Source: Squalus acanthias (Eukaryota). Taken from it: 64,000 nt of DNA. The notes under the pieces were generated by a model. It did not search any database. It was not told where the DNA came from and was given only the letters and a program-made list of their open reading frames with translations. Each line of letters begins with the position of its first letter. Within the stretch, counting starts at the first letter, position 1. The stretch covers positions 42,160,001-42,224,000 of the forward strand of contig CM059427.1 of assembly GCA_030390025.1 (NCBI GenBank), in the 5' to 3' direction. This document shows positions 12,034 to 25,190 of the stretch, one piece after another. The position numbers and the translations under genes are program-made.

Positions 12034-12321
12034 TTGGAATGCAATACCAGGGCCTGAAGCTCAGCAGCACCATCAGCAGGTTGTAAAATGTCAATTAACA
12101 AAATACTTCTTGTATGTATGATTTGCTAGTGTTCCAATCTTCTTTTTGATTGATTCTTGCTAACCACATGACTAATATCACAAACCTAGCAGGAATCAAT
12201 CAGATTTGAGAATAAAATTCCACAACAAAACACAGAAAGCAGATATTACACAAAATGTTTAAAATAACGAAGTTGAAATCACTAATAATTAAAAATTTGT
12301 AACTGAAAGTTTAACACAATA

Positions 12322-12928
12322 GGCCGGAATTTGTGGTGGGTAATAACGGCGAACTAAAATCACTCCGACACTGGCTGCCCTGTGGACCCCCACCCCCCAT
12401 AGCCGGCAATCAGTGAAATCAGTGAAACTGAGGAAAATTGGGCTTTTCTGCGGTAATATCATTGTTAAATACCCCATTTAATGTTAGGCCTTGTTGGATT
12501 AGGTGTAACTGGGGTTTTAACAGCGTATTGACAGCTAAACAAATATTATGGCCCTGAAAAATTAATTTTAATTTTGTGGAGTGTCAAACTTTTCCATTAT
12601 GAAAGAAACTTTTTTTTAAATTTAATTTTTGTTAAAGTTTGTTCATGATTATTTATCTACCTTATCCCCAAGTGAGAGCCTCAATCGTTGTTTTGCTCTC
12701 TGTAACATATTTAAAATGTCTGGATAAAAGCAGCTTCTCATTTCCTGGTTCCCTGTCTGTGAGAATTCTGCAAAGTGATTGGCTGCTTAGACAGCTTGTT
12801 GATATCACAGCAGCATTGCACTAGGGAATTCCCACTACAGAGTGCTGTAATCACTTGAACGTCGAAAAAGGCAAAGTTCTCGCCACAGAGATCACCTTTG
12901 TTTCGCAGCTGACCGCAAATTCCGGGCC
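12322..12928. mobile_element. Harbinger-type MITE
   Basis: TIR GGCCGGAATTTGTGGT / ACCGCAAATTCCGGGCC. Confidence 0.7.
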
Positions 12929-13194
12929 ATCAAGTTTAAGTAACTGCAAACATGTAAAATGTCAAGTCTTTGGCAAGTCTGGGACATATTTATGAAAACC
13001 CCAGTTAAGGGGTCAGCTGCTGACACTCAGTTCCAATTTTTTTTTTTTTTTTTTTTAAAGTCAACTAGTGTGCTTTCTAAAAAAAGTTAAATCCTAAAGT
13101 GGAAAATTATTTTAAAGCAATATAAATAACTGCATGGTATATCATCAAATTCTCATCCCCAGTACTTTGGTCTACCTGTAGCAAAGCTTTTAAT

Positions 13195-13993
13195 CCCAAT
13201 TTTAACTTGGGGCGTGAGTGTGGATTGCAGGGCCGGGCCGAGCAAGAAGCCCCCAGTATGGTGCCGATGTGAGGCTCAGGCCATTTTACCTCCGAGCCTC
13301 ATTACCATGTTGGAGGAACGATTCTAGCCTGAACCCCGTGGGAATCACTACCAGGCCAGCGGGAAGTGCAGGATTTCGCATAACAGTATGCCCCCACAAG
13401 AACGGTCCCTGGTACTAAGGTGAGTGGTCAGAGGGGATCCAGAGTGGATCACGATTGGGAGGAAAGCTTGGGAGAGGGGAGGCCAGAGGTTTCCAAGGAA
13501 ATCATTAAAAAATTTAAATTCAACTTTACCTGGGCCAGGGATCGGGGCGGGAGGGGAAGGATCGGCGCCGGCCTCATTGTCATCGTTGGGGGGGGGGGGG
13601 GGTGGTGGAGGAAGGCCATCAGAGGCCTTGTAGGGGGGGGGGTTCTCTGACTGGGGGGGGGGGGGGGGGGGGGTATGGTCAGGACCCTGGATCCGGGAGG
13701 TAGGTATAAAGCCACTTACCTTCTGGATGCAGTAGTCCCCACCTCTGTTTAACTGCCGGGTTTCACGAATTGTGTGAAACCCGTCCACAGGCAGTTAAAA
13801 ACAAAATGATGGGGAAAATAGAGGCTTCCAACCTCACTATATTTAAATTGAGGTAACACCCCCTGGGAGCGGGTTGGTCGCCTGTCCCCTGCCGCCACCG
13901 GCAAAACCGGAAGTGGGCAGGATCAGGTTGGGAACAATTTAACTGCTCCCACACTCCAAACCCGCCTGTTTTTTTACTGGGAAAATTCCGGCA
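13195..13993. mobile_element. Degenerate Harbinger-type MITE with G-runs
   Basis: CCCAATTTTAAC start, GAAAATTCCGGC end, GC-rich interior in an AT-rich intron. Confidence 0.5.
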
Positions 13994-14106
13994 TTTATGT
14001 GGATATCAAAAACTACCATCCACAGATTTTTAATCATTGCAAACCATCACCTGAAGTAGGTGAATTCTTTGACATATTGAATCTAATTTTAACACTGTTT
14101 ACATAC

Positions 14107-14250
14107 TGAGGTCCGGATCGTCTGAATCCCAGATATAATCAACAGCTTTGATGTCCTCCTCGTTCTCAATGTAATCTGTGTATCGTTCAGATGACATGCT
14201 GTATCGCCGAATTCGTACACTATCTGGCAAAAGCAAGATAGGAGGATTCC
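14107..14250 (-). CDS. LRP2: LRP2 exon (~66), start of last YWTD propeller
   Basis: 144 nt, CAG/GTATG; GNPPILLLPDSVRIRRYSMSSERYTDYIENEEDIKAVDYIWDSDDPDL. Confidence 0.93.
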
Positions 14251-14600
14251 CTGAAATTATACAGGAGGAATTATTAATAGTTCTGTCATAACATCATCAC
14301 TGTGACCCTTTCAATGGCATTTTGTCTGCAGATGTGGGTGTGCAGGGTGCCGGTGTTAGGGCAAGAAAAACCGCTTGGGCAGGCTGACCTGTCCGCCATC
14401 CTTCCATATGTCTTTCTCTTCTTTCAAACACATTCAGCCTGATTGGTGCCAGTAAAGGGAGCTGAGGGGAAATAAAGCATTAAGAGCAACTGGCACAAAT
14501 CTAAGTGCCAGCGGGATAAAACATATCAAAATAAAACAAAACAAAAACAATCTTTGAAATCTCTACTTGAAGGTCAACTCCTGACATCTCTGGACATCAG

Positions 14601-15493
14601 GGGGGAGAAATTCAGTATCGCCCCATTTGGGGCGCAATTATCGGCCGGGCGCAAAGATTAGCGCCTGGCGCTAATTATTGCCACCGACTGCAAACTTGAC
14701 TTTTATCGCCCCTGGAGGTGATTGCAGCGCTAAATCAGGCACTTCACACCTGTCTTAAGGCGCAAAGGCCGAGGAGCGAGGCGCTACCTCAGAGCGCTGG
14801 CGAAGCTCATGTAATGTCAGTCAGCAATGGAACACACACACAATGGCACGGGCCAGTTCTTAAAGGGGATGGCTAATCTCACTTTCCATCCACATCCTGC
14901 TAATTGCAGCCTTGAATCTCGGCCTGGAGAGACCTGCACATCAAATCTGCTGGAAAGAACAATGGAGAGTACCAGGCAAAGAGCTCAGAGTGCAGCCCCC
15001 ACAATCTCTTCTAAATCGATACAAGGAATGGCAAATCAAAATGAACCTGCAAAGTGCTGCTCAGTACCCAAAACTCCTTCACACAACGTTGAAACTCTCC
15101 AGAAGTCTCTCTCTCTCTCTCTCAGAATGCGTAGTTCAAAAATGGCACCAACAATAAAAGGCAGGAAGCGGTCACCTTTAAATAGCGCTCCCCCTTTCCC
15201 TTCATGACTGCAGAACGCTCCCCTCAACCTGTCGTTGCTAGCGTCAGGCGGTAAGGCAGGGGGCGCCACTCAATATCCGCTCCGGGGCGATACCGGGGCG
15301 TTGCGCACTCGACTGACGTCACGATCTGCCGGCGCAGAAGATCGTGGCGGTAGTGTTTAGCGCCGCCGCAAAATGTCTAGTTAATTTCGCGAGCGGTGCA
15401 AACTTCGCCGCGCCTGGGTGCTAGATGCTTTGCGCCCCATTAGCGCCCTCTTAAGGCACTAACGGGAGGCGCAACCAACTGAATTTTTCCCCC
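14601..15493. mobile_element. Harbinger-type non-autonomous element
   Basis: TIR GGGGGAGAAATTCAGT / ACTGAATTTTTCCCCC, TSD CAG; interior repeated at 36485-36968; shares CTGACGTCAYGATCTGC with the element at 1-980. Confidence 0.82.
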
Positions 15494-16152
15494 CAGGTTT
15501 CCTGTTTGGAGTTCAGCACAGCTGTCAGCCAGAAAGTGGAGTGGGGCATTTCACATGACATTGTAATACAGAAATGAAGCTCCTGCCTGCTTTGGATGGG
15601 AACTTCCAATGCCCACTGCAGACCCAAATGGAAATCTGAGTGAGGCAGAAACAAGACAGAGCCGAATTTTGTCTAATTTTGCAGCCCATTATATTTGTGC
15701 TCACTTTCGGGCACAGGAGGGATGCAAAGAATACCAAAATAACCCCCCTTATCTCTGTCATTCATTCCTCAAGCTCCTACAACCCTTGGTGTCACCTAAT
15801 CATTATTTCTTGATTTATTTTGTCATCACTTTTACTCTTTTCAACCTTGGTGTTGTTCTGCACTATGATCCTGGCCATTCATCTTGGTTTCTCAGGGTTT
15901 TTAAAAATCTATTGTATTATTGTTTTGATTAATAAGAAAGTTAAGACCTAAATGGGGAATTACTGAAGATACTGAATTCTAGAACCTTTTTTCTAATTCT
16001 GAGTTATTGCTTAACTGGTTGTTTATTCACAGTTACATTATATGGCAAATGCCTTGTGATCAGGAATCTCCTTAACCAATGAGATTTAAGAATTGTGAAA
16101 TAAACAGCAGAAGGAATGAGATGGATGGTGAATTAAAAAGGGTGAATTCGTT

Positions 16153-16410
16153 GGCCCTGAATTCGCGGCCGGTGGCGTAGCTAAGGAGTACACCGCTGAA
16201 ATCCGAACAAAATCCGCACTTACCTCGTGCAAACCCCGCTTCGAGAAGTTGCTTTCAAACGCTGCAGAGTTGTGCGCAGCGCAGTGCTCCACGGAGCCCA
16301 GGAGCGCAACGTTGTGCGTAAGCGTACCTGGGATCACGTGGGGCGGTGCCTTTCACGTCCTGACTCTTGGCCAATCAGGAAACAGAGGAGATTGCTGATT
16401 TGCCCACAAC
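16153..16410. mobile_element. Harbinger-type MITE left portion
   Basis: Starts GGCCCTGAATTCGCGG; CpG-rich; CCTGGGATCACRTGG motif shared with 31278. Confidence 0.5.
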
Positions 16411-16794
16411 ACATTTTAAATAATTTAGCAGCCAGAAATGCTATTTTATTAATAAATTACGATCATTGCAATCGTATTTAATACACAAACCAAGATTTCA
16501 ACATTAATAGAATTCGATCAAACACTGAAAAGTCTTGAGATACTTTTTACTGAAGGTGTCCTTAAAACTATAAAACTCGATTAGGATGCTTTTTATACAA
16601 AGCATGCAGCTGAATTAACATTGGCCCTTTAGTTCTGGCAGCATAAACCTATAATCACAGTCTTATAGATATAGTCCTATTGAATTTGTTTCTCCTCGAT
16701 TAGACTAACTAACTTTTGATTAATTTAAATAATCTAAAATTGAGAGTTTAAGTGTCTGATAACATGAGGAAATCATGAAAATTAATTAAATCCT

Positions 16795-17251
16795 AGAAAG
16801 AAAGACTTGCATTTATATAGCGCCTTTCACAACCACGATGTCCCAAAGTGCTTTACAGCCAATGAAATACTTTTTTTTGAAGTGTAGTCACTGTTGTAAT
16901 GTAGGAAATGTGGCACAGCAAGCTCCCGCAAACAGAAATGTGCTAATGACCAGATAATCGGTTTTGGTGATGTTAATTGAGGGATAAATATTGGCCAGGA
17001 CACCGAGGAAAACTCCCCTGCTCTTCTTCGAAATAGTGCCATGAGATCTTTTACATCTACCTGATAAAGCAGACGGGGCCTCGTTTTAATGTCTCATCTG
17101 AAAGACGGCACCTCCGACAGTGCAGCACTCCCTCAGTACTGCCCTGGAGTGTTAGCCTAGATTTTTGTGCTCTAGTCTCTGGAGTGGGACTTGAACCCCA
17201 CAACCTTCTGACTCAGAGGCGAGAGTGCTACCCACTGAGCCACAGCTGACA
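16795..17251 (-). mobile_element. SacSINE1-like Deu-SINE (tRNA head, L2-type tail)
   Basis: Minus strand GTCAGCTGTGGCTCAGTGGGTAGCAC (A box) ... GGGTTCAAGTCCC (B box); tail GGCGCTATATAAATGCAAGTCTTTCTTTCT. Confidence 0.85.
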
Positions 17252-18104
17252 CTATCTAAATAGAAGTTGGGAAATAATTAAATCGAAACTACAAAAGGCT
17301 TTTGGGCAGCAAAGACGGTGACACAAAAAGGCCCTGTTTTCAAACTTGACAAATGAAAGTCTCTTTCAAAGTTTGTATTAGCTCAGACACAAACCAGTGC
17401 CTCATTGTTATGGGCTGTCGCATAAACCTAGCTCAACATTAATACAATTTCTCACCACCCCCTCCCCTTTATGCTGTGCAACCGGCTTCCTACGCCTGTT
17501 TGCACCAGACGTAAAAAATTTCAGGGCAATTAATTCGCAGTAGGTAGGCAATTAGCCCAACTTTTTGCCAATACGTTCATTTTTATGAGGAGGTGAACAT
17601 GCAGTGAAGCATTTGTGCAGTCGAAACTTGACAGATTACAAGTTCGGGATTTAGCGCATGTGTTTGAATTCAGCCCCAATGTCAAATCAGAAACAGAAAG
17701 AGAAATAAAGAGAGGGCAAGAAACATTGAATTAAGAGAAAGAGAAAAAAGTCAGAAAGGAAAATTAAGGAAAAACTTAAAATTTAACATTTTTTAAATCT
17801 CCTAAAACAATTCCCAACCTGAAGGAATGAGACTCCACACTTATAATAATTAAATTTTGGTGTCAGAGGGGTTGATTGGCAGTCATCAACACTTATCACG
17901 TCGTTAAATGGGTACTTACGCTTGTAATTACTAACCCTAAATATCTGTGGCGAGTTTAGTATGTATCTACCGCATAAATACAGCAACTTCATGACATTCA
18001 ATACTTGTCAATAGTGAGGCAGATCTGATTAATGTTGCAATTGTTCTTTCATTGATCTGGTAGTAAGCAAGAATATAAAATGAATACTTAAAGAATGCAG
18101 TTAC

Positions 18105-18236
18105 CAGTTGCAGCACACTGAGTGCCGTGCTCCTCCACAACAGATCGAAATCCCTCAGCACAGAAACACTCATAGCTTCCTTTGCTATTTTTGCAAATGT
18201 GAGGACAGGTGCCGAAGATCTCACACTCATTGACAT
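18105..18236 (-). CDS. LRP2: LRP2 exon (~65), calcium-binding EGF
   Basis: 132 nt, CAG/GTAAC; DVNECEIFGTCPHICKNSKGSYECFCAEGFRSVVEEHGTQCAAT. Confidence 0.95.
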
Positions 18237-18999
18237 CTGAATAATAAGAAACAAAATGTAGTAAGAACATGTTTAAATGCAGAGGTTAAATGTGAAGCAA
18301 CCTGTGTGATCAAACAATGAAAGGATAAGGTATACAACTTACACCTTCATTCTCATGCCTCATAGCATTTTAAAAACTGACTTAAGTCTCCTCTCAATCA
18401 GCTCTTCTCCAGTGACAACAACTTTAGTTCTGTAAGACTGTCCTAACAATCTAGAGTCTCATTTTAAAATCATTCTGATCACTCTTCACTGAAAGTGAAA
18501 AGGAACAGTAAGGGTCAGATCAAAAATAATTAGAGGTAAACACAACATTGAGGCATAAAACTGAGTCTGTGGGACAACTGCTAGAGTCCCCAACCCCCTA
18601 TTTGATACCTGGTGAAGTAGATCTGCTGTTGCATGAGGTGGGTGTGAGGCAGCTGTCTTGTTTGGCCATCCAGGACACCTTTCGCACAAGACAGCAGTGC
18701 ACCATGTCTGGCAGAAAGTGGCAGCCAGGCAGAATGCAAGAACTATGAACAGATTTGGGAGACCTTAAGGAAACTGGCAAGGTAAAATTAACCAGCTTTA
18801 CCAGATGACACAAGACTGCATACCACAAAATGTTACCCACCAACTTGTTGCACATTTACTGCTCATCCATGCCAAGCTCATACAACCTTAAAGGTTTTCA
18901 CTGCATACCCATATTTTAGTATAGCACACATTGAAGCTGCAACTTGGAAGTCTTACCACATAGTTATCTTTTAAGGGCTTCACACATCAAACTATTGTA

Positions 19000-19805
19000 A
19001 CATCATCTGAAGATATGGGGTCAGGATCCACATGCATGCTGATAACAGCCAAGTCTGCCTCTCCACCACCTCTCTTGATCCCTCCACTGCCTGTGTCAGC
19101 AGTCTGCTTGTCCGGCATCCAGTCCTGGATATGCTGCAATTACCTCCAGTTAAACATTGGCCCCCACCACAAACTCCATACACTTGTTATCGATTCCATT
19201 CCCCTCCCATTGTCTCAGGCTGAACCAGACTGTTCGCAACCTTGACGTCCTATTTGACACCGAACTGAGCTTTCAACCCCATATCCTCTCTATCATAAAG
19301 ACCATCTAACAGCAGCTCATCCAAAACTCTGCTGCCCATATACTATCCCACATCAAGTTCCATTCATTCATAACCCCTGTGCTACATTGGCTACCGGTCC
19401 ACCAACATCCCAAATTTAACATGCTAATCCTAATGCTTAAATCTTTTCATGGCCTCAGCCCTCCCTATCTATGTAACCTTCTCCAGCTCTAAAACCGTCC
19501 GAGAACTCTGCGTTCCTCCCATTCTGGCCCATTGTGCATCCCCCACTCTCTTTGTCCGACCATTGAGGGCCATGCCTTCTGCCATCTAGTCCCTATGCGC
19601 TGGAATTCCCACCCTAAACCTCTCCGCCTCACTCTACTCCTATAAGACCCTCCTTAAAATCAACCGCTTTGACCAAGCTTTTATTCGCCCCTCCGAAGAT
19701 CACATTCCTTGGCTCAGCGTCAATTTTTACACTGATTCCCCTTCTGTGAACAACTTTGGGAAGTTTTTCTACATTAAAGGTATTATATAAATGCAAGAAG
19801 TTGTT
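19000..19805 (+). mobile_element. Old L2 LINE 3' fragment
   Basis: Degenerate RT C-terminus (CAAAACTCTGCTGCCC..., CTACATTGGCT...) and tail TATATAAATGCAAG shared with the SacSINE1-like SINE. Confidence 0.7.
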
Positions 19806-20085
19806 GCCTGTGAAGTTGGGGTAGGCAGGACTCCACATATGTACTCAAACATACGCTGAATGATGTTTTCTGGCCTCCTGCTGCCAGAATGATTTTCAAT
19901 GTTTAATAATACCTCACAAGAAAATCAAAATGTGAACAGAGGAACAGTTTCAAAGCTCAACCTTTTTCACAGGTCTTTGCACCAGCCAGTAGCGATCTTC
20001 CTGGTTTGAGACCACCTCTTCAAGGTAACTCCTGAAATTTACCAATAAGCTGGTAAAATATAGAACACCCAGATTAGGGATTTAC

Positions 20086-20217
20086 CATCACAGGCGTTCC
20101 CATCGTCCTCCCTTGCTTTGTACCCAGGCCTACAAAAGCAAATGAAACCTCCATCCTTCAGGTCTGTACAATTGTGCTCACAGAGGTTTTCTGCACAAGA
20201 TCGTTCTGTACCATGGT
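20086..20217 (-). CDS. LRP2: LRP2 exon (~64), EGF
   Basis: 132 nt, TAG/GTAAA; NHGTERSCAENLCEHNCTDLKDGGFICFCRPGYKAREDDGNACD. Confidence 0.93.
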
Positions 20218-21917
20218 CTAAAGAAAGAACAGGATACTTTTAGTTAATAGTTGTAAAATGCATTTATCCCTCATTATAACTTACTTCAACACATCAGCCT
20301 GTGACAAAACACGTATTAGCTTTGTTGGAAAGAACAAGCAAGTTCTGGATTCTCCAGTGGCCTGACTAAAATGCACTGAGACTAATCTGTTGCAAACTGA
20401 GCACAATAGGACGGTTTCATTTTACCCAACACACATAGCTGAGAGCGTAGTGCTAATCACGATTAGTATCAAATAGGAGTTAGCGTACAGATAACTCTAT
20501 AGGGTCTTATATTATATCACAGTAGTGTCATTGTAACTAAGGCAACTGCTATACTACAGCTACTACTCCTAGACTGAAATTATATTGCGGCTGCACCTTG
20601 CTGGATTGTAGCACGGAGTTCAGCCAGGGAAGAGCTTGTGTCTGCATGCTCATATGCACATGCAAATCTCTGCTATCCAGCCACTTTTAAAAAAATGTTT
20701 TAAGAACACAGGTGGGAGCACCCACACTCGCTTCCAACCCAGCACAAAACCACATGAGTGTGAAGTTACTCATGTAGCTTTGCACTGGGTGTAGTAAAAT
20801 TGGATGTAGCACAGCTCACTAGTCTGGTCTCACTTCTCAAGGCAAAATACACCAGGAAATCAGATAACCGAGTTATACCACTGATTTTAATTGCTGCAAA
20901 GGTGAAATTGCTTTGAATCAACACGAAAATGGTAGTAGAACAACTGAAAGTACTCCTTAAACATTAATCGTAGATTTTATTAAGAGGTGATAAATTTTAT
21001 TAAGTTTGACTGGCCAAGGACCTGTTGTGTGAAAGTCTAGCTGATCATCTAAGGATTTGGTAAAATACGAGGCTGCAGTCACTGTGAATCAACTCCACTG
21101 GTGTTAACAGTTAATTGTTGTGAATCTAATGTTTCCCCATCCCAGGAATGTAAGGCCCAAAATTGTTTTTGAAGATGACATTCTTGTAAGTCGCACATTA
21201 TCACTCGCTGTTGTTTGTTACCGATGGCCTCACCTGTACAGTCCATAAGGCATTTTTCATGGTGTTAATAAGGGCAGAAAATAAATATATATTGTAGAAA
21301 ATAGATGACCAGGAAATGAATCACAGACACATATGGGTTCCTGGTTGGTTTTTTGGATCTGTATGCGTCTGAATGACACAAACTATGAACCACATTGTAC
21401 TCTGTAGTTCATTGTGGACCATTCAGTATTCCACATAAACATGTAATAATTTTTCCTCCATACTGCTACCAAATTTATGCTACTGTATACTTTCAGGTCC
21501 AGTGTCACTTTTATCTTTACTACTCTTCATGTCTGTCATTTTCAATAGATTTCACAGTGAGAAGCACTAATCTGAAGCTGCAACTTGAACCACAAACTAC
21601 CTGAAGATAGTAAAAGGTATGTATTGTTAACAAGAACTATCTGACACAATAAGAAGGTATTAATTCAATCCATTGGCATTTGCTGCTTATAAAAGTCAGC
21701 AGAACCCACTGATTCAGTTATTACCTTGTATCTAACATAGTATTGTATGTGTCATGTGTAAGTTACAGTTATGTGTAGCTTAGCTAAGCTTTACTGTCAT
21801 GAGGGATCAGCATCATATAAACATTTGCTGTATATTTTAGTATTATCACCTCCACCTACAGGTTTCTTTTGTTACATATTACACATAATAGAAACAGCTA
21901 TACGTCTGCATACTTAC

Positions 21918-22046
21918 TGCAGCCTAACTCATCGGATTGGTCAGCACAGTGAGCATAATTATCACACACATGGAGCACAGGAATGCAGTTTCCATTCCCA
22001 CATTTGTATTCCTCGGTTGTGCAAGGGTGAGGCGTAGGTGGTTTAC
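21918..22046 (-). CDS. LRP2: LRP2 exon (~63), last LDL-A repeat of cluster IV
   Basis: 129 nt, TAG/GTAAG, after a 118-nt intron; [42 protein letters not shown]. Confidence 0.95.
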
Positions 22047-22164
22047 CTAATTGTGAAACAAATTTTTCATTAACTGGCATTGTTCTGGGTGTGCATGTGT
22101 AAAATGGTTGCTTTGTGTAGGTCACTGAAGCGAAGGAGATGCATAACTGTGAACAGAGACTTAC

Positions 22165-22287
22165 AGTGTTCTTCCTTTTCATCACTTCCATCTCCACAGT
22201 CATTTACTTCATTGCATAACTCATGTATGTACACACAGCGATTATTGTCACAGCGAAAACGGAAAGGAGAGTCACACGGGATGTCCA
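22165..22287 (-). CDS. LRP2: LRP2 exon (~62), LDL-A repeat
   Basis: 123 nt, CAG/GTAAG; [41 protein letters not shown]. Confidence 0.95.
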
Positions 22288-22439
22288 CTGGAAAAGAACA
22301 TTTTGAAAGTTTTGACATTTGTTGAAAATACCTCAGCTTTAGTGTTCCCCAGATTGGATAACCTCGAATCCTCACTTGTCTATTAATACTGAAATAGTGT
22401 TTGTACTATTCTGTGCTGTAAGCTTCTATGATTCTATAC

Positions 22440-22572
22440 TTACAGGGTTACTGACAAACAGCGGGGGTGTGGGACTAAGCTAAGCACAACTGCTCTTTCA
22501 AAGAGCCAGCAGAAGCACGATGGGCCGAATGGCCTTCTTCTGTGCTGCAAGTTTCTATGATTCTATGCTTCT
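22440..22572 (+). mobile_element. CR1 3' tail fragment
   Basis: GATGGGCCGAATGGCCTTCTTCTGTGCTG followed by TTCTATGA repeats. Confidence 0.7.
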
Positions 22573-22979
22573 ACTATAGATGAAAAAAAAATTCTGAGGC
22601 CTGAGTCATTTTTGCACACAAAGTAAACATCTGTAAAAAGGTAAGCAGCAAAGCATTGGCTTTCTATGGAAATTGGGAAAATAAACTTCAAACAAGCCTC
22701 AGTCAATGGCACTCGTGAGACAGCTTCTCAGTTGTGTGGAGGCTGACTCTCCTGCGCACAGTACCTCCATGAAGCACTAAGATGAAAACCAGTAAGAATG
22801 TGGTATAGGGAAATTGCAGAGGCAAACATAAATCTTACTTTTCTGACATACCCTAATCTATTAAACCAGTGAAACCCTTCCCCTCTCCCATCCTGGTTGT
22901 TCCCCTGGTACGGCCCCTAACTTCTCTCCCTTAAGTCCAAGGGGCGCAGACTTGAACGTATATGGTGCACAACTAGCTT

Positions 22980-23230
22980 AGCTATTCATTGACAAATTTG
23001 GCTTAACAACATCGAGAACCATCGGGCCCTGCTTTCCTCTGCCAAAACTGCTCACTACTCCGGAATGCAAAGATAACCCCCAGCTTCTTTTCTCCACTAC
23101 CAGCAGTCTCCTTAAACCCCTCTCCCTTGCCCCTCCATTCTCCTCGCCAACAACAAGTGCGATCAACTAACATTAAAACCATCGTTTAGCTGCCTCTGCC
23201 ATATCCCTCCCTTCCCCTTGCCCGCCCAGC
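22980..23230 (+). mobile_element. Old L2 LINE internal fragment
   Basis: C-rich degenerate CAAAGATAACCCCCAGCTTCTTTTCTCCACT motif (NP..LFST region). Confidence 0.5.
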
Positions 23231-23779
23231 ATTTTCCATTTCAAATACTCAGTATCAATATTAAATATTAAACACTCACAGTTCAGATATACCATAGTTG
23301 GATGCAGAGTAAAGCTTCCTATATTATGCCCTAACAATTTACTACAGCAAAAATCTTAGAAGGGCATCCCCGCTGCACCAGGGAGATATTTTCAAAATTC
23401 TCATACTAGCTCACTTGTGGCCTCTTGAGTGAGACTGCTAGTTTGGTGCTGAATTAAATGTTTTTCTGTGAGTCCATGGCCACTAGATACTGGACTGAAA
23501 CTGCCCAAGCTTATTTCACATGGGGCCTTACAGACAGCAGAGGAGATTTTTCTCTCATTCATCTGGAGTGAGGTCACAGAGTTGTAAGGGCTGTATCACC
23601 TAGTGCTCCCTACACCACCTAGTCAACTGTCCAGAATTATAGATAATTCAGGTATGACAATGCCAGCTGAAGGAGGTCCAGTGCCTTGATGTGTTTTGTT
23701 TTATTAAAATATGTTACAACTTGTAATGAAAGATAACTTCATTTTTATAAGTTTTTAAAAGTTCATTGAAATGGCTTAC

Positions 23780-23917
23780 AGCAATGGTGGAGCTCTTCAT
23801 CAGATCCATCTCCACAGTCATTGTCTCCATCACACTTCCAGTATGGCTGGACACAGACATGATTGTTGCACTCGAACAGGAAGGGTGGGCAGTAGGTTCC
23901 ATTGGGATAGCGAGTTG
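23780..23917 (-). CDS. LRP2: LRP2 exon (~61), LDL-A repeat
   Basis: 138 nt, TAG/GTAAG; [46 protein letters not shown]. Confidence 0.95.
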
Positions 23918-24109
23918 CTATATAGGTGGAGGACAGAAATTAACAGCTGGGAAGATACATTTCTATTAATAAAAAGTTGAAATACACAACTATATACCAA
24001 GAATGCTAGTTGTTCCAAAGTTATCTCACTAGTGATGGTGGGTTACAAAATGTCTGCTATTTACAGTCACTAATAATGTTTTATTGATCCTGGTTTCATT
24101 CCTCCTTTC

Positions 24110-24330
24110 ATTTTCCACCAATTTTCTCCCCTTCTCCGCTCCTGAAGGCATTGACTCCTGCAGTCTTGGGCAAGCTGCCCTTCTAGACATTGAGCATCAG
24201 CAAACTATTCAATCTGGAAGAGAATCCTTCTTCTGTCCTCACCCAACATCCATACACATGCATTTTTAGCAGGAGTCACTGGATTGCAAACTTTCTTCCA
24301 CCTAACCTACGGCAGGTTAGGGAGTTAGGG
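24110..24330 (-). mobile_element. Old unclassified SINE-like repeat
   Basis: Diverged inverse match to 54000-54365. Confidence 0.4.
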
Positions 24331-24464
24331 ACCGTTTTGGCCTGTATGTATCAGCTACTCACTGGATAAATATGCTGATCCATTGGGGAAGCCAGGTTAT
24401 TTATGCAGTTTTGGCCAGGGTGTGGGTGTCCAAGTTAATTGTGTATCACAATTCTAGGAAGTAT

Positions 24465-25190
24465 AATTAAACATTTGCAGACGTCACCAAATTGGGGAGT
24501 ATAGTTAATACAGAGGAGGACTGCGACAAAACACAGGAAGACATTAATAAACTTGCAGAATGGGCATGTAATTGGCAAATTAACTTCAATATAGATATAC
24601 ATTTTGGTAGGAAGAATAAGGAGGACACATACTCCTTGGACAAGTGTTTAAATTGTATAGAGGAGCAGAGGGATCTGGGGGTACAGATACACAAGTCACT
24701 AAAAGTAACGACGCAGGTTAATAAGGCCATAAAAAAGCGAACAAAACACTGGGGTTCATTTCAAAAAGAATCGAATTGAAAAGCAGAGCAGTTATGTTAA
24801 ACTTGTGTAGCACCTTAGTTAGACCACACTTGGAGCACTGTGAACAGTTCTGGTCTCCGTTTTAGAAAAAGGACACATAGGCACTGGACTAGGTGCAAAA
24901 AAGATTTACTAGGATGATACCAGAATTGAGAGATTATACCGATCAAGAAAGATTGAACAGGCTGTGGCTCTTTTCTCTAGAAAAGAGAAGACTCAGGTGA
25001 CCTGATAGAGGTCTTTAAGATTATGAAAGGGTTTGATAGGGTAGACATAGAGAAGCCATTTCCACTTGTGCAGGAGACGAGAACTAGGGGCCATAAATGT
25101 AAGATAGTCACTAATAAATCCAATAGGGATATCAGGAGAAAGTTATTTACCCAAAGAGTGGTTAGAAAGTGGAACTTGCTACCACAAAGA
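24465..25190 (+). mobile_element. Degenerate CR1 RT/3' fragment
   Basis: FADVTKLG..., QRDLGVQIH, FTQRVVRKWNLLP. Confidence 0.85.

Noticed and set aside
13348-13788. Proline-rich ORFs
   Set aside because: Products of poly-G/C runs in a degenerate MITE
14827-15207. 126-aa ORF with a near-identical 147-aa copy at 36600-37043, suggesting a duplicated small gene
   Set aside because: Both lie in the interior of a TIR/TSD-bounded repeat; no recognisable domain, and similarity extends outside the frame
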